In this document: in pieces, positions 46,241 to 57,874 of the stretch
How the letters are laid out: every line of letters starts with the position of its first letter
How positions within the stretch are numbered: the first letter of the stretch is position 1
Source: Strigamia acuminata
Taxonomy: Eukaryota
Assembly: GCA_949358305.1 (NCBI GenBank)
Contig: OX442314.1
Location: 33,232,001-33,296,000, forward strand
Reading direction: 5' to 3'
DNA length: 64,000 nucleotides
Position numbers and translations under genes: made by a program
The notes under the pieces: model-generated
Told to the model about the DNA's origin: nothing
Database searches by the model: none
What the model saw: only the letters and a program-made list of their open reading frames with translations

Positions 46241-46946
46241 CTGCAGACGCAAATAAATTATTTTATTAAAAATAATTCCACTCTAAATAATCATTCCTTG
46301 AGTCCAAAGAATTAAAACGTATTGTTCGCAACGAAAAATACACAACTCGAGTTATTTATAACCCCTTACACGTGACACTAATGAGTCACATTCCCCTTGT
46401 GTTTATGACACGAGAATGGACTCGCCTGACAGCGATTTTCATCGAAAATCGCAACTTGTTGATTTTTCAAGAGAAAAAAATCCTTTTAGTTTCTTTAAAC
46501 TATTTAACCCAAATTCCGAGTATCAAAATATCTATCGTATTAATTGATTAACACTTAGTCTAATAAATATCTCAAATCGAAAATTCACCGCTAAATAATT
46601 TATGCAAGCCTCGACCGCGACTTGATTTAAATAATTAGTGCCCACGTACTTAAACCTAATAAATAATTATTAAATTTAACCCAACTATTCGACTGAATAG
46701 CTAAACTTCCAGAGTGATTTAATGCCGATTCACGCTTATAATACACGTGAATTTTTTAATTTTTATCGGGACGCCGATATTTTCAATTGTTGCGAACAAT
46801 TTTTTGTTTCAATTCTTTGGTCAAAGAATATATTTGAAAACTACTTACTGTTGAAGCTTGTTTTCCTTGCTGAAGTTGCTAATTGAATTAGCGTTGAAAT
46901 CTCGAGTCGAAAAGTGAAAAGGGACGAAGGGACGAAGTCACTTATA
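46241..46946 (-). promoter_or_regulatory. Predicted internal promoter and 5' UTR intron of D ORF3
   Basis: TATAA at 46946-46942, 31 nt before the A of Inr-like TCACTT (46917-46912); donor GTAAGT at 46848; acceptor AG at 46242-46241. Confidence 0.65.
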
Positions 46947-47293
46947 TCCACGTGTTTAACGAAGTGTTTGTGTGCAATGAACCCTGGGAATTTTATTCCC
47001 TATTAATTGTCGGGTTCGAGGTTTAATCACACCTCGTAAGTCTCGTACCTTCGTGATTACGCGAGATTATCACTTTTCAAAGTAATTCTCTGTATTTTGG
47101 TTAAAATACAAGTAAATACGACCAAAAAATTAAAATATTCTACCGAATATTTAATTCATCGCAACAAATTCATATTTTTAATATAAATTTCAATAAATAT
47201 CGTAATATCTTGTCCCCCGGTGTTGAGATTATAAATCACTACACCTGTCAGACATGTAAATAATTACAGTCTCCAAGTTTTGAATAAAACTTA

Positions 47294-50200
47294 TCAATTC
47301 CAACAGAACTTTGATGCTTTTCCTTGTTGGTATGGTTTTTTAAATACTGCAGTGATGTTTCGCACGAAATTTTCATCTGCATATCTAGGATTTGGTTTTC
47401 GTTCTCGTCGTGGACGAGTGCTAGTTCGTGGAACTATTGGTTGGGGTTTACGGGGTTTTCGAGGCGGTTTCTTTGGAACTTCGCCTCTTTTTAACGCCGC
47501 TTTCCTTTCCATAGCAGTTAAGCGTTGTCTATGTCTATGTTTAGACTTTGTTGACGCAGATTTGTCAATCTGCACTGAAGTTGAGTCGGATAATTCCATT
47601 GGAATTTCTGAGGAAGTTTCAGGAATTAATTCCATTTCTTCAGCATCCGGAAGTTGGTTACTTTCATCCATCCATTTAGGATTTTCTTGAGGCGAGTAAG
47701 AGGCGGACTTTTGTCCTACTTTCCAAGTCTCAATTGGGTACGACGGAGTATAGGGATACAACGCTTTAATATTTACTGATTTTTCAATCGAACCATCAGA
47801 TAATTTGCGTAATTTATACGCTCCGCCTGGAAGTACTTTAGTAATTTCCCACGGACCATCTCTCTTTTCCGCGAAACCAGCAGAAATATTTTTATCTGCG
47901 CACGAGAGAATGTGAGTTTGTTTCCAAACTAAATCTCCAACTTCGAACTCCGTAATTACGAACTTCTGTTCGTGTATTTTTCTATGTCGTTCAAAATTCA
48001 ATTGAATTCTGCGATGCATCTCTTGATGCGATCTGCGCAATACATCCAATAGTACTCTGACATATTTTTCTGGATTTTCTTTGTCAAATGGATTGGCATG
48101 TTTAATAATCCTTGGGTCGAAAGGTAATGTTACGATTCTCCCCGTGTTGAGTAGCATCGGGCTTGAACCCGTTGCCGACGAAACGTTATTTCGCATTGCA
48201 AATGCGAATTCGTCTAGATATCTTGGCCATTGCGTGTGCACATCTGTGTACAAAGCCAGCATCGTCTTTATATCTCTATTGGCTCGCTCTGTCGGGTTCG
48301 CCTGAGCATGATACGTGCTCGTATGAGACGGGCGAATGTTGTACATATCGCAATACTCATTGTAAATATCGGAAACAAATTGTTTTCCGTTATCGCTCAC
48401 AATCTTTTTGGGGTGTCCCCATCTGTTTGTAACAGATCTTAATTCTTGAACGCAGTTAGCGCTCGTGGCTTTGGTCAAAGCCTTAATTTCAACGAACTTG
48501 GTACAATTGTCAATAATGACAAAAATATACTGATTTTGGGACCTTCCCGCGGGTTTCGGGCCCATCAAGTCCATGTTAATACATTCCCAAGGATTGGTCA
48601 TGTTGTGTGGTGTGTAAGGAGCTGCGTGCCTTTTCTGTTGAATAGGCTTGTACTGAGCACAGTGCGTGCAGCTTTTGACGTAGTTCCTGACACTTCTACT
48701 CATACCAGGCCAGAAATATATTAAACGCGTTTTCTCAAGCGTCTTACTCATCCCAGCGTGACCGCTTAGGGGGTGGCCATGACAAGCGAAGAGTACTCGC
48801 TTTACAAGTGCACTGGGTACAACAGCTTTGAAGCCATTTCCCGAATCGTTTAATTCCTCTTCGAACGAAGGGTTAAAATAGATGATCATTTGATCACCAT
48901 CAACTTCTTTTTTGTCCAAACAATAGTTTTTGACTTTATTTTTCCATTCTTTTATTTCAGATTGTGGTATCCCAACAACCTTGTCATTTAATAAATATTT
49001 TCGAATGCGTTTGCATTCAGTATCCAGTAACTGAGCATCTATTATTTCTCTCCTTGTAGGAGGGACTTCTTTAAGTACTTCAGTCAACGCACTGTACAAG
49101 GTTTCTTGTACTTCCTCCCCCTCCTTTTCTTCAGAACATTCTTTAGAATTTTCTAAAAAATAGGAACGCACACTAGCCAAATATTCTCGTTTCTCTGGGG
49201 CACGATTTAATGAAACAGAAGGATTTCCGTCCCATTCAGGCCAATATTGTTTAATTTCGACAGGTTCCACATGATCACGAAGAGGAATGTCTTCCTCTGT
49301 TAGTGGGGCTCTAGAAAGTGCATCTGCAACTTGGTTAGCAGCACCTTTTCGAAAAACAATTTTAAAGTTTCCACATTGGATTCTTAAGGCCCATCGGCCA
49401 AATTTCCCAGATGGTTCAGGCGTTCGCATCAACCATTTCAGTGCTTCTGCATCTGACTCTAAAGTGAATGTACCATATTCGAGATATGGTTTAAATCGAT
49501 CAATTGCCCACACAACTGCGAGACATTCGAGTTCCGGCGTTGTATAACGCTTCTCCGCTCCACGTAAAACTCTGCTTGCATAAGCTACAGGTCTGGGTAC
49601 AGAAATGTTTTTCTGCTTCTTTTCATCGAATATATCGACGTCTTGGCAAAGGACAGCTCCTAAGCCTTCATGTGAAGCGTCAGTCATGACAACAAATGGC
49701 AAAGTCATATCTGGTTTGTGTAGACAATTGTCACCACAAAGTAGCTCTTTAATTTTATTAAAAGCTTCTGTCTGCTCATCTCCCCATTCAAATGGAGTTT
49801 TCTCATTCATCATACGTGTGTATGGTGCGGCAATAGTTCCGTGATTTGGAACAAACTTCCTGAAGAAGTTAGTCATGCCGTGAAAGCGCTGAATATCTTT
49901 AGCACACGTGGGGGTGGGAAATTTCATGATCGCCGATATTTTATCGGGATCACCGAAGAGACCTTCGGGTTTGATCCAGTGGCCCAAGAATTTTAATTCT
50001 GTACGCCCAAAACGAGATTTCGCTTTATTTATTGTCATGTTGGCTTGGTTAAGCCTTTCCAAAACATCTCGAACATGTTTGAGATGATCATCCCAATTAT
50101 CTGAATACACAATTACGTCATCCAAATAAACTAACGCGTAGTCTTGCAAAGCTGAGCCTAAAATGCCTTCCATCAGACGTTGGAAAGTACAAGGCGCATT

Positions 50201-51496
50201 GCAAAGGCCGAACGGCATTCGCACAAATTGATAAGGGCCGTTTGGCGTATAAAACGCCGTTTTTGGACGATCTTCCTTACACATCTCGACTTGGTAGTAA
50301 CCTTTGACAAGGTCAATTGACGTAAAATACCTAGCAGGACCAGTATTATGCAACAAAAGGTCAATACTTGGCATTTGTATTACTTCGACTTCAGTGATGG
50401 CATTTAGCCACCGGTAGTCAATGCACATCCTATACGAGCCGTCAGGCTTCGCAACAATGACGGGATGACTTATGAAGGGCCCTTTGGCCTTTTCAATGAG
50501 TCCATCCTGTTCCAATTCTGCAGCTAGTTTGGTCATAATGGCTCTCTTGGCCGGGTTATACATTCTATACTGCATTTTGGGCAATGAATGCCCTTCTTTG
50601 AACTTAATACGATGTTGGGTCACGTTAGTGCACCCAACTTGATCACGAAATACATTCGGTATCGATTTAACCACTTCGCGAAGTGCTAGTCTTTGTTCTG
50701 GAGTGCAGTCGCTCTCCTCAACTAATTTTTCATCCCAAGTCAACACAGGAGTGTCTGTTAACTCAATTGAGTTGAGAGTGGACGACAGTCCTAAATAATC
50801 GAAAGTAATTCGATTTAACGGGGCGAGGGCCAAATTGGCTTCTTCCGACTCATAAGGGGCGGACCAATTGGGTTTATCTGCACAAGAGAACTCTTGTAAA
50901 TGTGGATGCGGACTAATTTTCTGTCTGCGCATGAAATTGTGACCAAGTATCAAGCCACAAACTCGTTTTGCTAAAACGATGAAATTCATTGGTGTAAATT
51001 CATCAGCCCATTGCACGCACAAAGTTATTTGTCCGACAGGCTTGTGTGCTACGCCTACAGCGTTAACCAACATGTTTCTGGGGGCCTCTTGCAAAAATTC
51101 TGGCAAAGCCTGAGTTTCAGACAAGAGCTGTTCCCCAATGTAACATTGAGATGCTCCTGTATCCATGAGCGCGTTGTAGGTGAGCCCACCAATTGTGATC
51201 TTCATTCGAGGATCATCTTTATTATTACCTAAAGTAATATTGTGCAAATTGTTACCACCTATGACTCGATTGAGTCGGCGAAGTCTACAGAATTTCTTCG
51301 TGTAACACTTGTGGGGAAACAATGTCAGATTTTTTAATTGTTCTGTCATTTCTTGCAGATTTTCCTCTACTCCGCCACTATGACTAGTGGTTACTTCAAG
51401 ACAAGTCGTGTCTACATCCATAAATAAGGATTCCGACGCAGCATTAGCTACTTCTGGGGGATGGAATAAACCTTCGTCCCCCGGATCTAGTTTTTT
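47294..51496 (-). CDS. pol: Pol of element D (protease, RT, RNase H, integrase)
   Basis: MDTGA, YLDD, TDAS, DALSR, HHCC, MDLMG/SDNG/TERAN, GPW motif; uninterrupted. Confidence 0.97.
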   Translation of the reverse strand, partial: KKLDPGDEGLFHPPEVANAASESLFMDVDTTCLEVTTSHSGGVEENLQEMTEQLKNLTLFPHKCYTKKFCRLRRLNRVIGGNNLHNITLGNNKDDPRMKITIGGLTYNALMDTGASQCYIGEQLLSETQALPEFLQEAPRNMLVNAVGVAHKPVGQITLCVQWADEFTPMNFIVLAKRVCGLILGHNFMRRQKISPHPHLQEFSCADKPNWSAPYESEEANLALAPLNRITFDYLGLSSTLNSIELTDTPVLTWDEKLVEESDCTPEQRLALREVVKSIPNVFRDQVGCTNVTQHRIKFKEGHSLPKMQYRMYNPAKRAIMTKLAAELEQDGLIEKAKGPFISHPVIVAKPDGSYRMCIDYRWLNAITEVEVIQMPSIDLLLHNTGPARYFTSIDLVKGYYQVEMCKEDRPKTAFYTPNGPYQFVRMPFGLCNAPCTFQRLMEGILGSALQDYALVYLDDVIVYSDNWDDHLKHVRDVLERLNQANMTINKAKSRFGRTELKFLGHWIKPEGLFGDPDKISAIMKFPTPTCAKDIQRFHGMTNFFRKFVPNHGTIAAPYTRMMNEKTPFEWGDEQTEAFNKIKELLCGDNCLHKPDMTLPFVVMTDASHEGLGAVLCQDVDIFDEKKQKNISVPRPVAYASRVLRGAEKRYTTPELECLAVVWAIDRFKPYLEYGTFTLESDAEALKWLMRTPEPSGKFGRWALRIQCGNFKIVFRKGAANQVADALSRAPLTEEDIPLRDHVEPVEIKQYWPEWDGNPSVSLNRAPEKREYLASVRSYFLENSKECSEEKEGEEVQETLYSALTEVLKEVPPTRREIIDAQLLDTECKRIRKYLLNDKVVGIPQSEIKEWKNKVKNYCLDKKEVDGDQMIIYFNPSFEEELNDSGNGFKAVVPSALVKRVLFACHGHPLSGHAGMSKTLEKTRLIYFWPGMSRSVRNYVKSCTHCAQYKPIQQKRHAAPYTPHNMTNPWECINMDLMGPKPAGRSQNQYIFVIIDNCTKFVEIKALTKATSANCVQELRSVTNRWGHPKKIVSDNGKQFVSDIYNEYCDMYNIRPSHTSTYHAQANPTERANRDIKTMLALYTDVHTQWPRYLDEFAFAMRNNVSSATGSSPMLLNTGRIVTLPFDPRIIKHANPFDKENPEKYVRVLLDVLRRSHQEMHRRIQLNFERHRKIHEQKFVITEFEVGDLVWKQTHILSCADKNISAGFAEKRDGPWEITKVLPGGAYKLRKLSDGSIEKSVNIKALYPYTPSYPIETWKVGQKSASYSPQENPKWMDESNQLPDAEEMELIPETSSEIPMELSDSTSVQIDKSASTKSKHRHRQRLTAMERKAALKRGEVPKKPPRKPRKPQPIVPRTSTRPRRERKPNPRYADENFVRNITAVFKKPYQQGKASKFCWN

Positions 51497-53643
51497 GAAC
51501 TAGTCGCACTTGAATCTGTCGATTCGGGCTTGATCAAAGTCTTGACCATTTCTGCCAACGAGTTAGTCAGCGAAGTTTGTAACTTATTTTCAAAAGTATT
51601 AAGTTTCGCATCAAGTTTAGCATCTAGTGTTGCATCCAACACTTCTTGAGTTATCCACCTATTATTAGGACGTTTAGAAGTAGGATCCACAGTCGGGGAA
51701 TCCGGCGTACTTCGTTTTTGCAACTCTTCAGAGTTGAAATTTGCACGTGGTTTTAAATCTGGACATTCTCGACGCATGTGTCCTGGTTTCTTACAGTGGT
51801 AACAAACTAATTGACCACGTCGGGTCTGATCTACTGCTCCATTTATTAAATAGACAGCCTCGCATTCCTCAGGTAACTCTTCATCACAAATATTAAGTTG
51901 TTCTTGTGAGTCCAAAGTTAAAGATTTAGCATTTGTCTTCGGTTGAGGACGAGTGTCAGTTTTCCGAGGTGGAAAAACAACTGGATTGGAAATATTTTCC
52001 CTTGCTCCATTGGCTGTACGACTGTACAAGCCTTTATTTTTCGTTATAACGGCATAAATCTCTGTCAGAGGTAAATCCGCTATGCCTTGCGTATGCAAAA
52101 GCAAATCATTAGCAGGAGTTACACTCCCAATAAAAAGACAACCAGCCCCTTTTGCATCAAGACTGTCTTGTAATATCCATAACTGGTAATATTTGTGCAT
52201 AAAGTCGTAAAGACTTTCTGTTTCTAGTTGTTTCAACTTAGTTAGTTGGTTCGTCCGCTCTTGTCGAGTGGCTACAAACCGTTCTTTGAACGCCTGTTCA
52301 AATACTTCCCAAGATATGAAATCTTCTCTCCTTTCATGAAACCATCCATGCGCTTGCTCGGTTAGATAACCGGCTACGCCTTTAACAAGCATGTCATCGA
52401 GTGACATGTTTCGCAGGAAAGCGACATTTTTTACAATGTTGAGAAAGCGTTCGCTTTCTTCTGCTTTTCCGGAGAATACAGGGATATCTGGAGGCTTCAA
52501 ACTGTTAGTTTGAGGGACAATGGCGGAACTTTTTCCAGCCTGCATTAATTTGTGCATGGTTGTGGCAATTGACGCGAGGTCATCAGCCGTCATTCCAAAG
52601 CTACTGGGGGGGCGCGAGTTGTCGTTTGACGACCCGCCATTATTTGGTTGACTCGAGTTATTTTGACTTGAGCCACCACTATTGGGGTTGAAATTATTCG
52701 ACCCTCCTTGATTTGACCTGCTGTGGTTACCAAAGTTCGAATGGTTATTCGAATTGCCTCGGTTCCCATAATTCGAATGATTATTAGAATTACCCTGATT
52801 GTCAAAATTCGGACGGTTGTTCGAACTTTTTTGATTACCAAAATTCGGATTATTTGGGTTGTTCGAGTTCGGAGGAACTGGGTGACCCCTTTGCAAGTTA
52901 GGTGCTGGACTAGAATTGTTTACAAATCTAGAATTTGAGTCAAAACGGCGGTTTGGACCTCTTGTCGCACATGAATTTGGGTTCAAATTTCCAGCGAGAT
53001 TCGGACAACTATTTGATCCGTTTGGAAAACTTGGATTAGGGTTGGCCATATTAGGCGGACCCAAATTCGTTCTGTTGAACGTATTCTCAAAGTTCTCTGG
53101 ATTTGTAAATCCTCTTTGTTGGTTGCGAGCGAAGTTATTCGCTCGTAACCGCTGTTGGAAAGCACGATTAAAATCTCCTGGTGTCAAATTCGACTGATCT
53201 TGACGAGGAGGTTGTGCATTTTTATTTCTATATCTAGAAATAGGTGTCGAAGGAGCGGGACTAAAATTATTTAATCTTTGGCTGGCTGGGGAATGGGATT
53301 GCTCCGACGTAGCACGAGGCGCGTGCACAAAATCCAATACTTCGGTCAAAGATCTAAATTGGTTTGGGTTCAAACCGTGATCCTGACAAAATAATAGACC
53401 GCCTCGGCCTAAATGAGAACCTTCAGGAATGCATTCCTCTTCTCCAGGCGGAGTAGGTTCATGTGGAGCCCTATTCTCTCCAGATAGTCCGGCGGTTTCA
53501 TTTGAAACGCCATTATGGACCGCGTGGTTTCCCACTTCTTCAATTCCATTAGGAACAGGTATAAACCCGGATAGATTCATTCCACCGGTCAAACAAGTTC
53601 TTTCCTTACCACGGGTGTTCATGTGATGCTGGTTATTAGTCAT
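51487..53643 (-). CDS. gag: Gag of element D (N/S/G-rich low-complexity region, capsid-like core, one CCHC)
   Basis: CYHCKKPGHMRREC knuckle; ends at A AAA AAC (51490-51496) followed by a GGGGGA...TCCCCC stem; pol is in the -1 frame. Confidence 0.92.
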   Translation of the reverse strand: MTNNQHHMNTRGKERTCLTGGMNLSGFIPVPNGIEEVGNHAVHNGVSNETAGLSGENRAPHEPTPPGEEECIPEGSHLGRGGLLFCQDHGLNPNQFRSLTEVLDFVHAPRATSEQSHSPASQRLNNFSPAPSTPISRYRNKNAQPPRQDQSNLTPGDFNRAFQQRLRANNFARNQQRGFTNPENFENTFNRTNLGPPNMANPNPSFPNGSNSCPNLAGNLNPNSCATRGPNRRFDSNSRFVNNSSPAPNLQRGHPVPPNSNNPNNPNFGNQKSSNNRPNFDNQGNSNNHSNYGNRGNSNNHSNFGNHSRSNQGGSNNFNPNSGGSSQNNSSQPNNGGSSNDNSRPPSSFGMTADDLASIATTMHKLMQAGKSSAIVPQTNSLKPPDIPVFSGKAEESERFLNIVKNVAFLRNMSLDDMLVKGVAGYLTEQAHGWFHERREDFISWEVFEQAFKERFVATRQERTNQLTKLKQLETESLYDFMHKYYQLWILQDSLDAKGAGCLFIGSVTPANDLLLHTQGIADLPLTEIYAVITKNKGLYSRTANGARENISNPVVFPPRKTDTRPQPKTNAKSLTLDSQEQLNICDEELPEECEAVYLINGAVDQTRRGQLVCYHCKKPGHMRRECPDLKPRANFNSEELQKRSTPDSPTVDPTSKRPNNRWITQEVLDATLDAKLDAKLNTFENKLQTSLTNSLAEMVKTLIKPESTDSSATSSKN

Positions 53644-54948
53644 AACTAAACTTAAAACTAAGAAAATTTCCTAAGTCTGAGAGGTAACGATGAAGTTGCA
53701 AACGTTCAGGAGGATCGCAAACGAAGCAGTGGTCACACTAGTTCGAAAGGAAGTATGGGTACTTCGATACACCTCTCTGATTGGTCAAGTATCAACGCTA
53801 GTCTCGCGAGAGTCCAATCTCGTCCGAGATTGGTGGAAATCACCAAGTTCGTGGAACCGTAATCTTGTCAGATTCCAGTGTTATGACGTAGTCACCAAAC
53901 AAAATGGATACTTTTCAAAATATTTTTAAAATATCACCGCATTTATTAATAAATGAATGATCACCTTTATGGAATTTTTTAAAGTTTTAAAACTCGTAAT
54001 TTCAAAAGACGCGCCGATTCGTTTGAATCGACGGCTTTCCTGCACAACACGGGTTGCTAGGCAACACAACAGCGAGAATTCTTCTTCGCTAAAATTCGAA
54101 TGGTATTCCATTCATAAAATTCGATTTCAATGACTTGAGATCACGATTTTTAACCAACATTTTAATGTAGATCAAGTCTGTAAAATAAGGTAAACCCACT
54201 TTGAAATAAAATATAAATTTTAATTCCTTCGAAAAGCGTCAATTTTCTTTCTGATTTATTTAGGCAAATAAATTTAGGTTTAACTTGAAGTCTCAAGCAA
54301 AATACGTGTGAATAACATTTCTAAAAATAAAAACAACTGTTAAATTGATAGAATTCTTTAAGAATTCCGTCAAAGTCAACTTTTTCAAAATTAGGCCCGA
54401 CCGCGTGGTTTTGTCAGATTGTCGATGACAAAATGACGTTACCCGGGCGGAACCAACTTCAACAAGTTCGGGCAAGATTCTCATTTTCGGGGTTAGGCCT
54501 TTAGGCCTGACCACGCGGTAGAAATTATTAGTTTTGTTAAAACACACAATTTCTACGACGGAAAATCGGAATAAAGTGAATTACACTTATTCTCTTGTGA
54601 GAAGTCCTAAAACAGAATAAAAAATATTAAACACAAATACAAATTTCGCTCGAAATTTATTTTACACACAAAAAATTTCATTTGAAATTTTAACACTGCA
54701 AGCATATTTCCGAATTCTCATAAACACACGAAAACTTCAAAATTCATTTGAATTTTTGTAGCCTTATCTCGGTAGAACCTCCACTTGTGACGGTTCTAAC
54801 GAGATTCCTATAAAAAGAAGAAAAACATTAAATATACATGGGTTTTGTCACACAAAAAAAATTTCATTCGAAATTTTATCACTGTAAGCACCTTTCCGAA
54901 TTCTCATAAACACACACACTTAAAATTCAATTGAATTTTTTGCAGCCT

Positions 54949-54966
54949 ATCTCGGTAGAACCTCCA
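54949..54966 (-). promoter_or_regulatory. PBS of element D, tRNA-Gln-like (second identical copy at 54766-54783)
   Basis: TGGAGGTTCTACCGAGAT, complementary to the tRNA-Gln-type end ATCTCGGTRGAACCTCCA. Confidence 0.85.
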
Positions 54967-57874
54967 TTTGTGACGATTCTACTTTTGGGCTAATTTATTA
55001 GTCCTTTTGAGATAGATAATTCGGTTTATACAAGACGTTGCTAAGTTTAGCAACAACCTAACCGAGATAAGCTACGGAAACCTTCACAAACATGAATACG
55101 TGATCGAATAGAAATAACTTACAGTTTTAGTGTGACATAACATATTTATTACTAAATATTGATGGTTAACAAAGATGGGTTCTTGACGCGTGTAAACGGG
55201 CGGCATCAACTGGTTGAGGATCCGGGCGAAGCCAGAGGGATACGGCTGACTTGCGGCATCGTCACAAATATCGCTACGGAGACGTATTTGGTCCGCAGCT
55301 CGAATATCTAAATATGCGAAGAGTCCTTCGCATTAATCGGAATATTCGGCAGAATATTCCATGTTCCAAATGAATAAAAGTAAAGTGATTAAAGTAATAT
55401 AACAAATGAATTGTTATATAAATAATAATTGGGCGGGGACCGTCACGACAATTGAGAGAACGTCGCGGGAGTTGTTGAGACTCCATCCGCCAGCATGCCT
55501 TACGACGACAAGATCTCGTGATCAGGCGCCGAGTATTTAATTGTACGCTTTAATTCGCTATCGGTGGTACCAACCACCAGGTAAACATTTCTATGGACTT
55601 ACCGGGTTTAAAAGATATTGCCAATACAGGATTACCAATGCCCGAGTAATTTGTTTAACACGATATATTTATATATCGTTCACGGGTTACTAACCCGGAG
55701 GGTACGATGGGGCGGGGACCGTCACGACGGTCGAGAGAACCATCGCGGGAGGATTTGACTCCTCCATCCGCCAGCATGCCTTACGATGACGGGATCAGCG
55801 GATCGAGCACCGGGTAAAATATTATTTGGCCACTGCCATTGGATTACCATTATCCAGGTAGTTGTTTTATCGCAACATCTTTAGATATTACTCACGGGCT
55901 ACCAACCCGGCGTGTCACCTGTATATTAAGCCTTTACCGACTTTTAACGAGCGGAAGGACCAATCGTAGAAAGACGGGAACCTGCGTGGGCTGTTTACAA
56001 CAACCATCCTGCAGCGGACTGTGGCCAGTTAGCTGAGGGACCTACTTTCATTTAGCAAGGTCGTACTGTATACGACCGTTATATTAAGCCACCGTACGAA
56101 GTCCTACTGTCCCGTAGAACAGCTGGCTAACGTTACGGGGCCATTTCATGCGAATGCATGTCTATTACCGGAGTTAGCCTTCCCGAAAAGGCCCTACAAC
56201 AGCAATAACAAACTAGTAATGAATACTAACTGTGGAGAGCTGAGGTGGCCTGATGTGTCGATAGAGAATAATGAAATCAAACGATAACAATTCAACTACA
56301 GACAATATACAAGTTCAGTTATCAAAAATCAAGCCTTAGGGAAGTGAAAAACTGATGCTTATATAGTTCTGTAGAACTACTAGATTGGCGGCAGCCAATC
56401 AGCGTACGAATCGGCGGATTCGTGGGTCACTAGTCCGGACCTAATATATGACTATGTCCAGATGGGCCCAGTTGGGGTCCGGAAGGGTCCGATTGGTTCC
56501 CTTCGACAGGTAAGTAAAGTGGACATTGATTCGATAGAATCAACATCATCAAGTAATTAATACTTAATTTATATCGAATAAAATAGTTATATTTTATTCA
56601 CCGTGTCTAAATAATTATTTATCACACTTTTTAGTTTTAACCGAGTTTGAAATACGCGCGTTGATTAAACAGCGCCATCTATGGTGAACATTGACAACTA
56701 TTGATTTGTAATCATCACAAGTGTTCGGGTTGGAGACTCCTATTATCCGCGTGTTGCAGTGCCGCGAAGGCACAGCCACACCAGCAACCGAACTGTCACA
56801 CACAGGGCGAGAGTCCCATGTATGACGTGGTCGGTGAAACATAACATTCGTGTTGTACCATGTAGCCGCTCATGGAAGCTGCAGCCGGTCCATCGCCGTA
56901 CTACTGAGCATCACAGTGGTAAATGGGGAAGAGAGCAGAGTCAACGCAGGGCACGACTGCCCTTGATGGCTCAGGACCTTCTTGACTGGTACACCTGTCT
57001 AGGTTGAGACCAAGCACTCTTCCTCGTGACCTCTCTACGGTGGTCGCGCTCTTTCTCTCTCTCTACGCCCCACACCACTCAGCTCCCTCCTTCCCTCACT
57101 GGGTCATACAATTCCGCGAAAGAGGGATGACCTTAGGGCCAATGGTCGGTGTGTGGCAGTGAAACAGGTCACCTTTAGGTGGCAGCGGTAACGTACTACA
57201 CAGCTGGCAAGTGAAGTTGTTTGGTTCTTCCATAGCAATTAAGTTTTCGATTGAAGGAGTCAAGAACTCAACCAACTCAATTGTCAATGCGTGGACTTCT
57301 GTAGGTAAGCGCTGAATGTGCCACAGGTGTGGAACATGTACAGCTAGGTTGCGTCCATAGTGTGTTGGAGTTGCACAGGGAGCTTTATAGAATTGTAATA
57401 TAAACTGATAGTGTTTCTAAGGGCATATTATTACTGTGTAAAATGTAGCACTAAGATAAAATACATAAAACCTTAATTTTATATATTAAATTATTTTAAT
57501 CAAATCCGCGTTTAAAATTACTGCTAAACATTTATTACGGAGTATTTTTTATTCGATATGACGTCATTACCGTCAGAACGTGAAAAATTTTGACAAGGTA
57601 ACACTAACACTGTACAATGTGAATGTAACTAAGGTAAGAACAAATCTGTTATTAAATGATAAACAAACATGTTTGCGGCATGTCCAAATGATTGGGATAC
57701 CACCTAAAGAGACTGTGGCGAAAGTCAAATTCATAGCGCTGAGCCACTAATAGGTACAAAAAGCATACTCGTATATTTGATAATTGTCATTGACCCATGT
57801 GCGTGATTTCCATAGAATCATCAATTTATTTAGAAATCTCGAGTTAAAGAGTAAATTGAAACGTTGAAACTAAT

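Larger units (their letters stand above)
42222..56719 (-). mobile_element. Apparently intact Ty3/Gypsy retrotransposon D (14.5 kb) with third ORF
   Basis: 1751-bp LTRs at 42222-43972 and 54969-56719 (TGTGA...TCACA, no differences noticed by eye); TSD AGTG; PPT CCGGGGGATG at 43973-43982; open gag, pol and ORF3. Confidence 0.97.

Noticed and set aside
26470..46252. ORF3 proteins as retroviral env
   Set aside because: No signal peptide, TM anchor or furin site/fusion peptide arrangement is visible.
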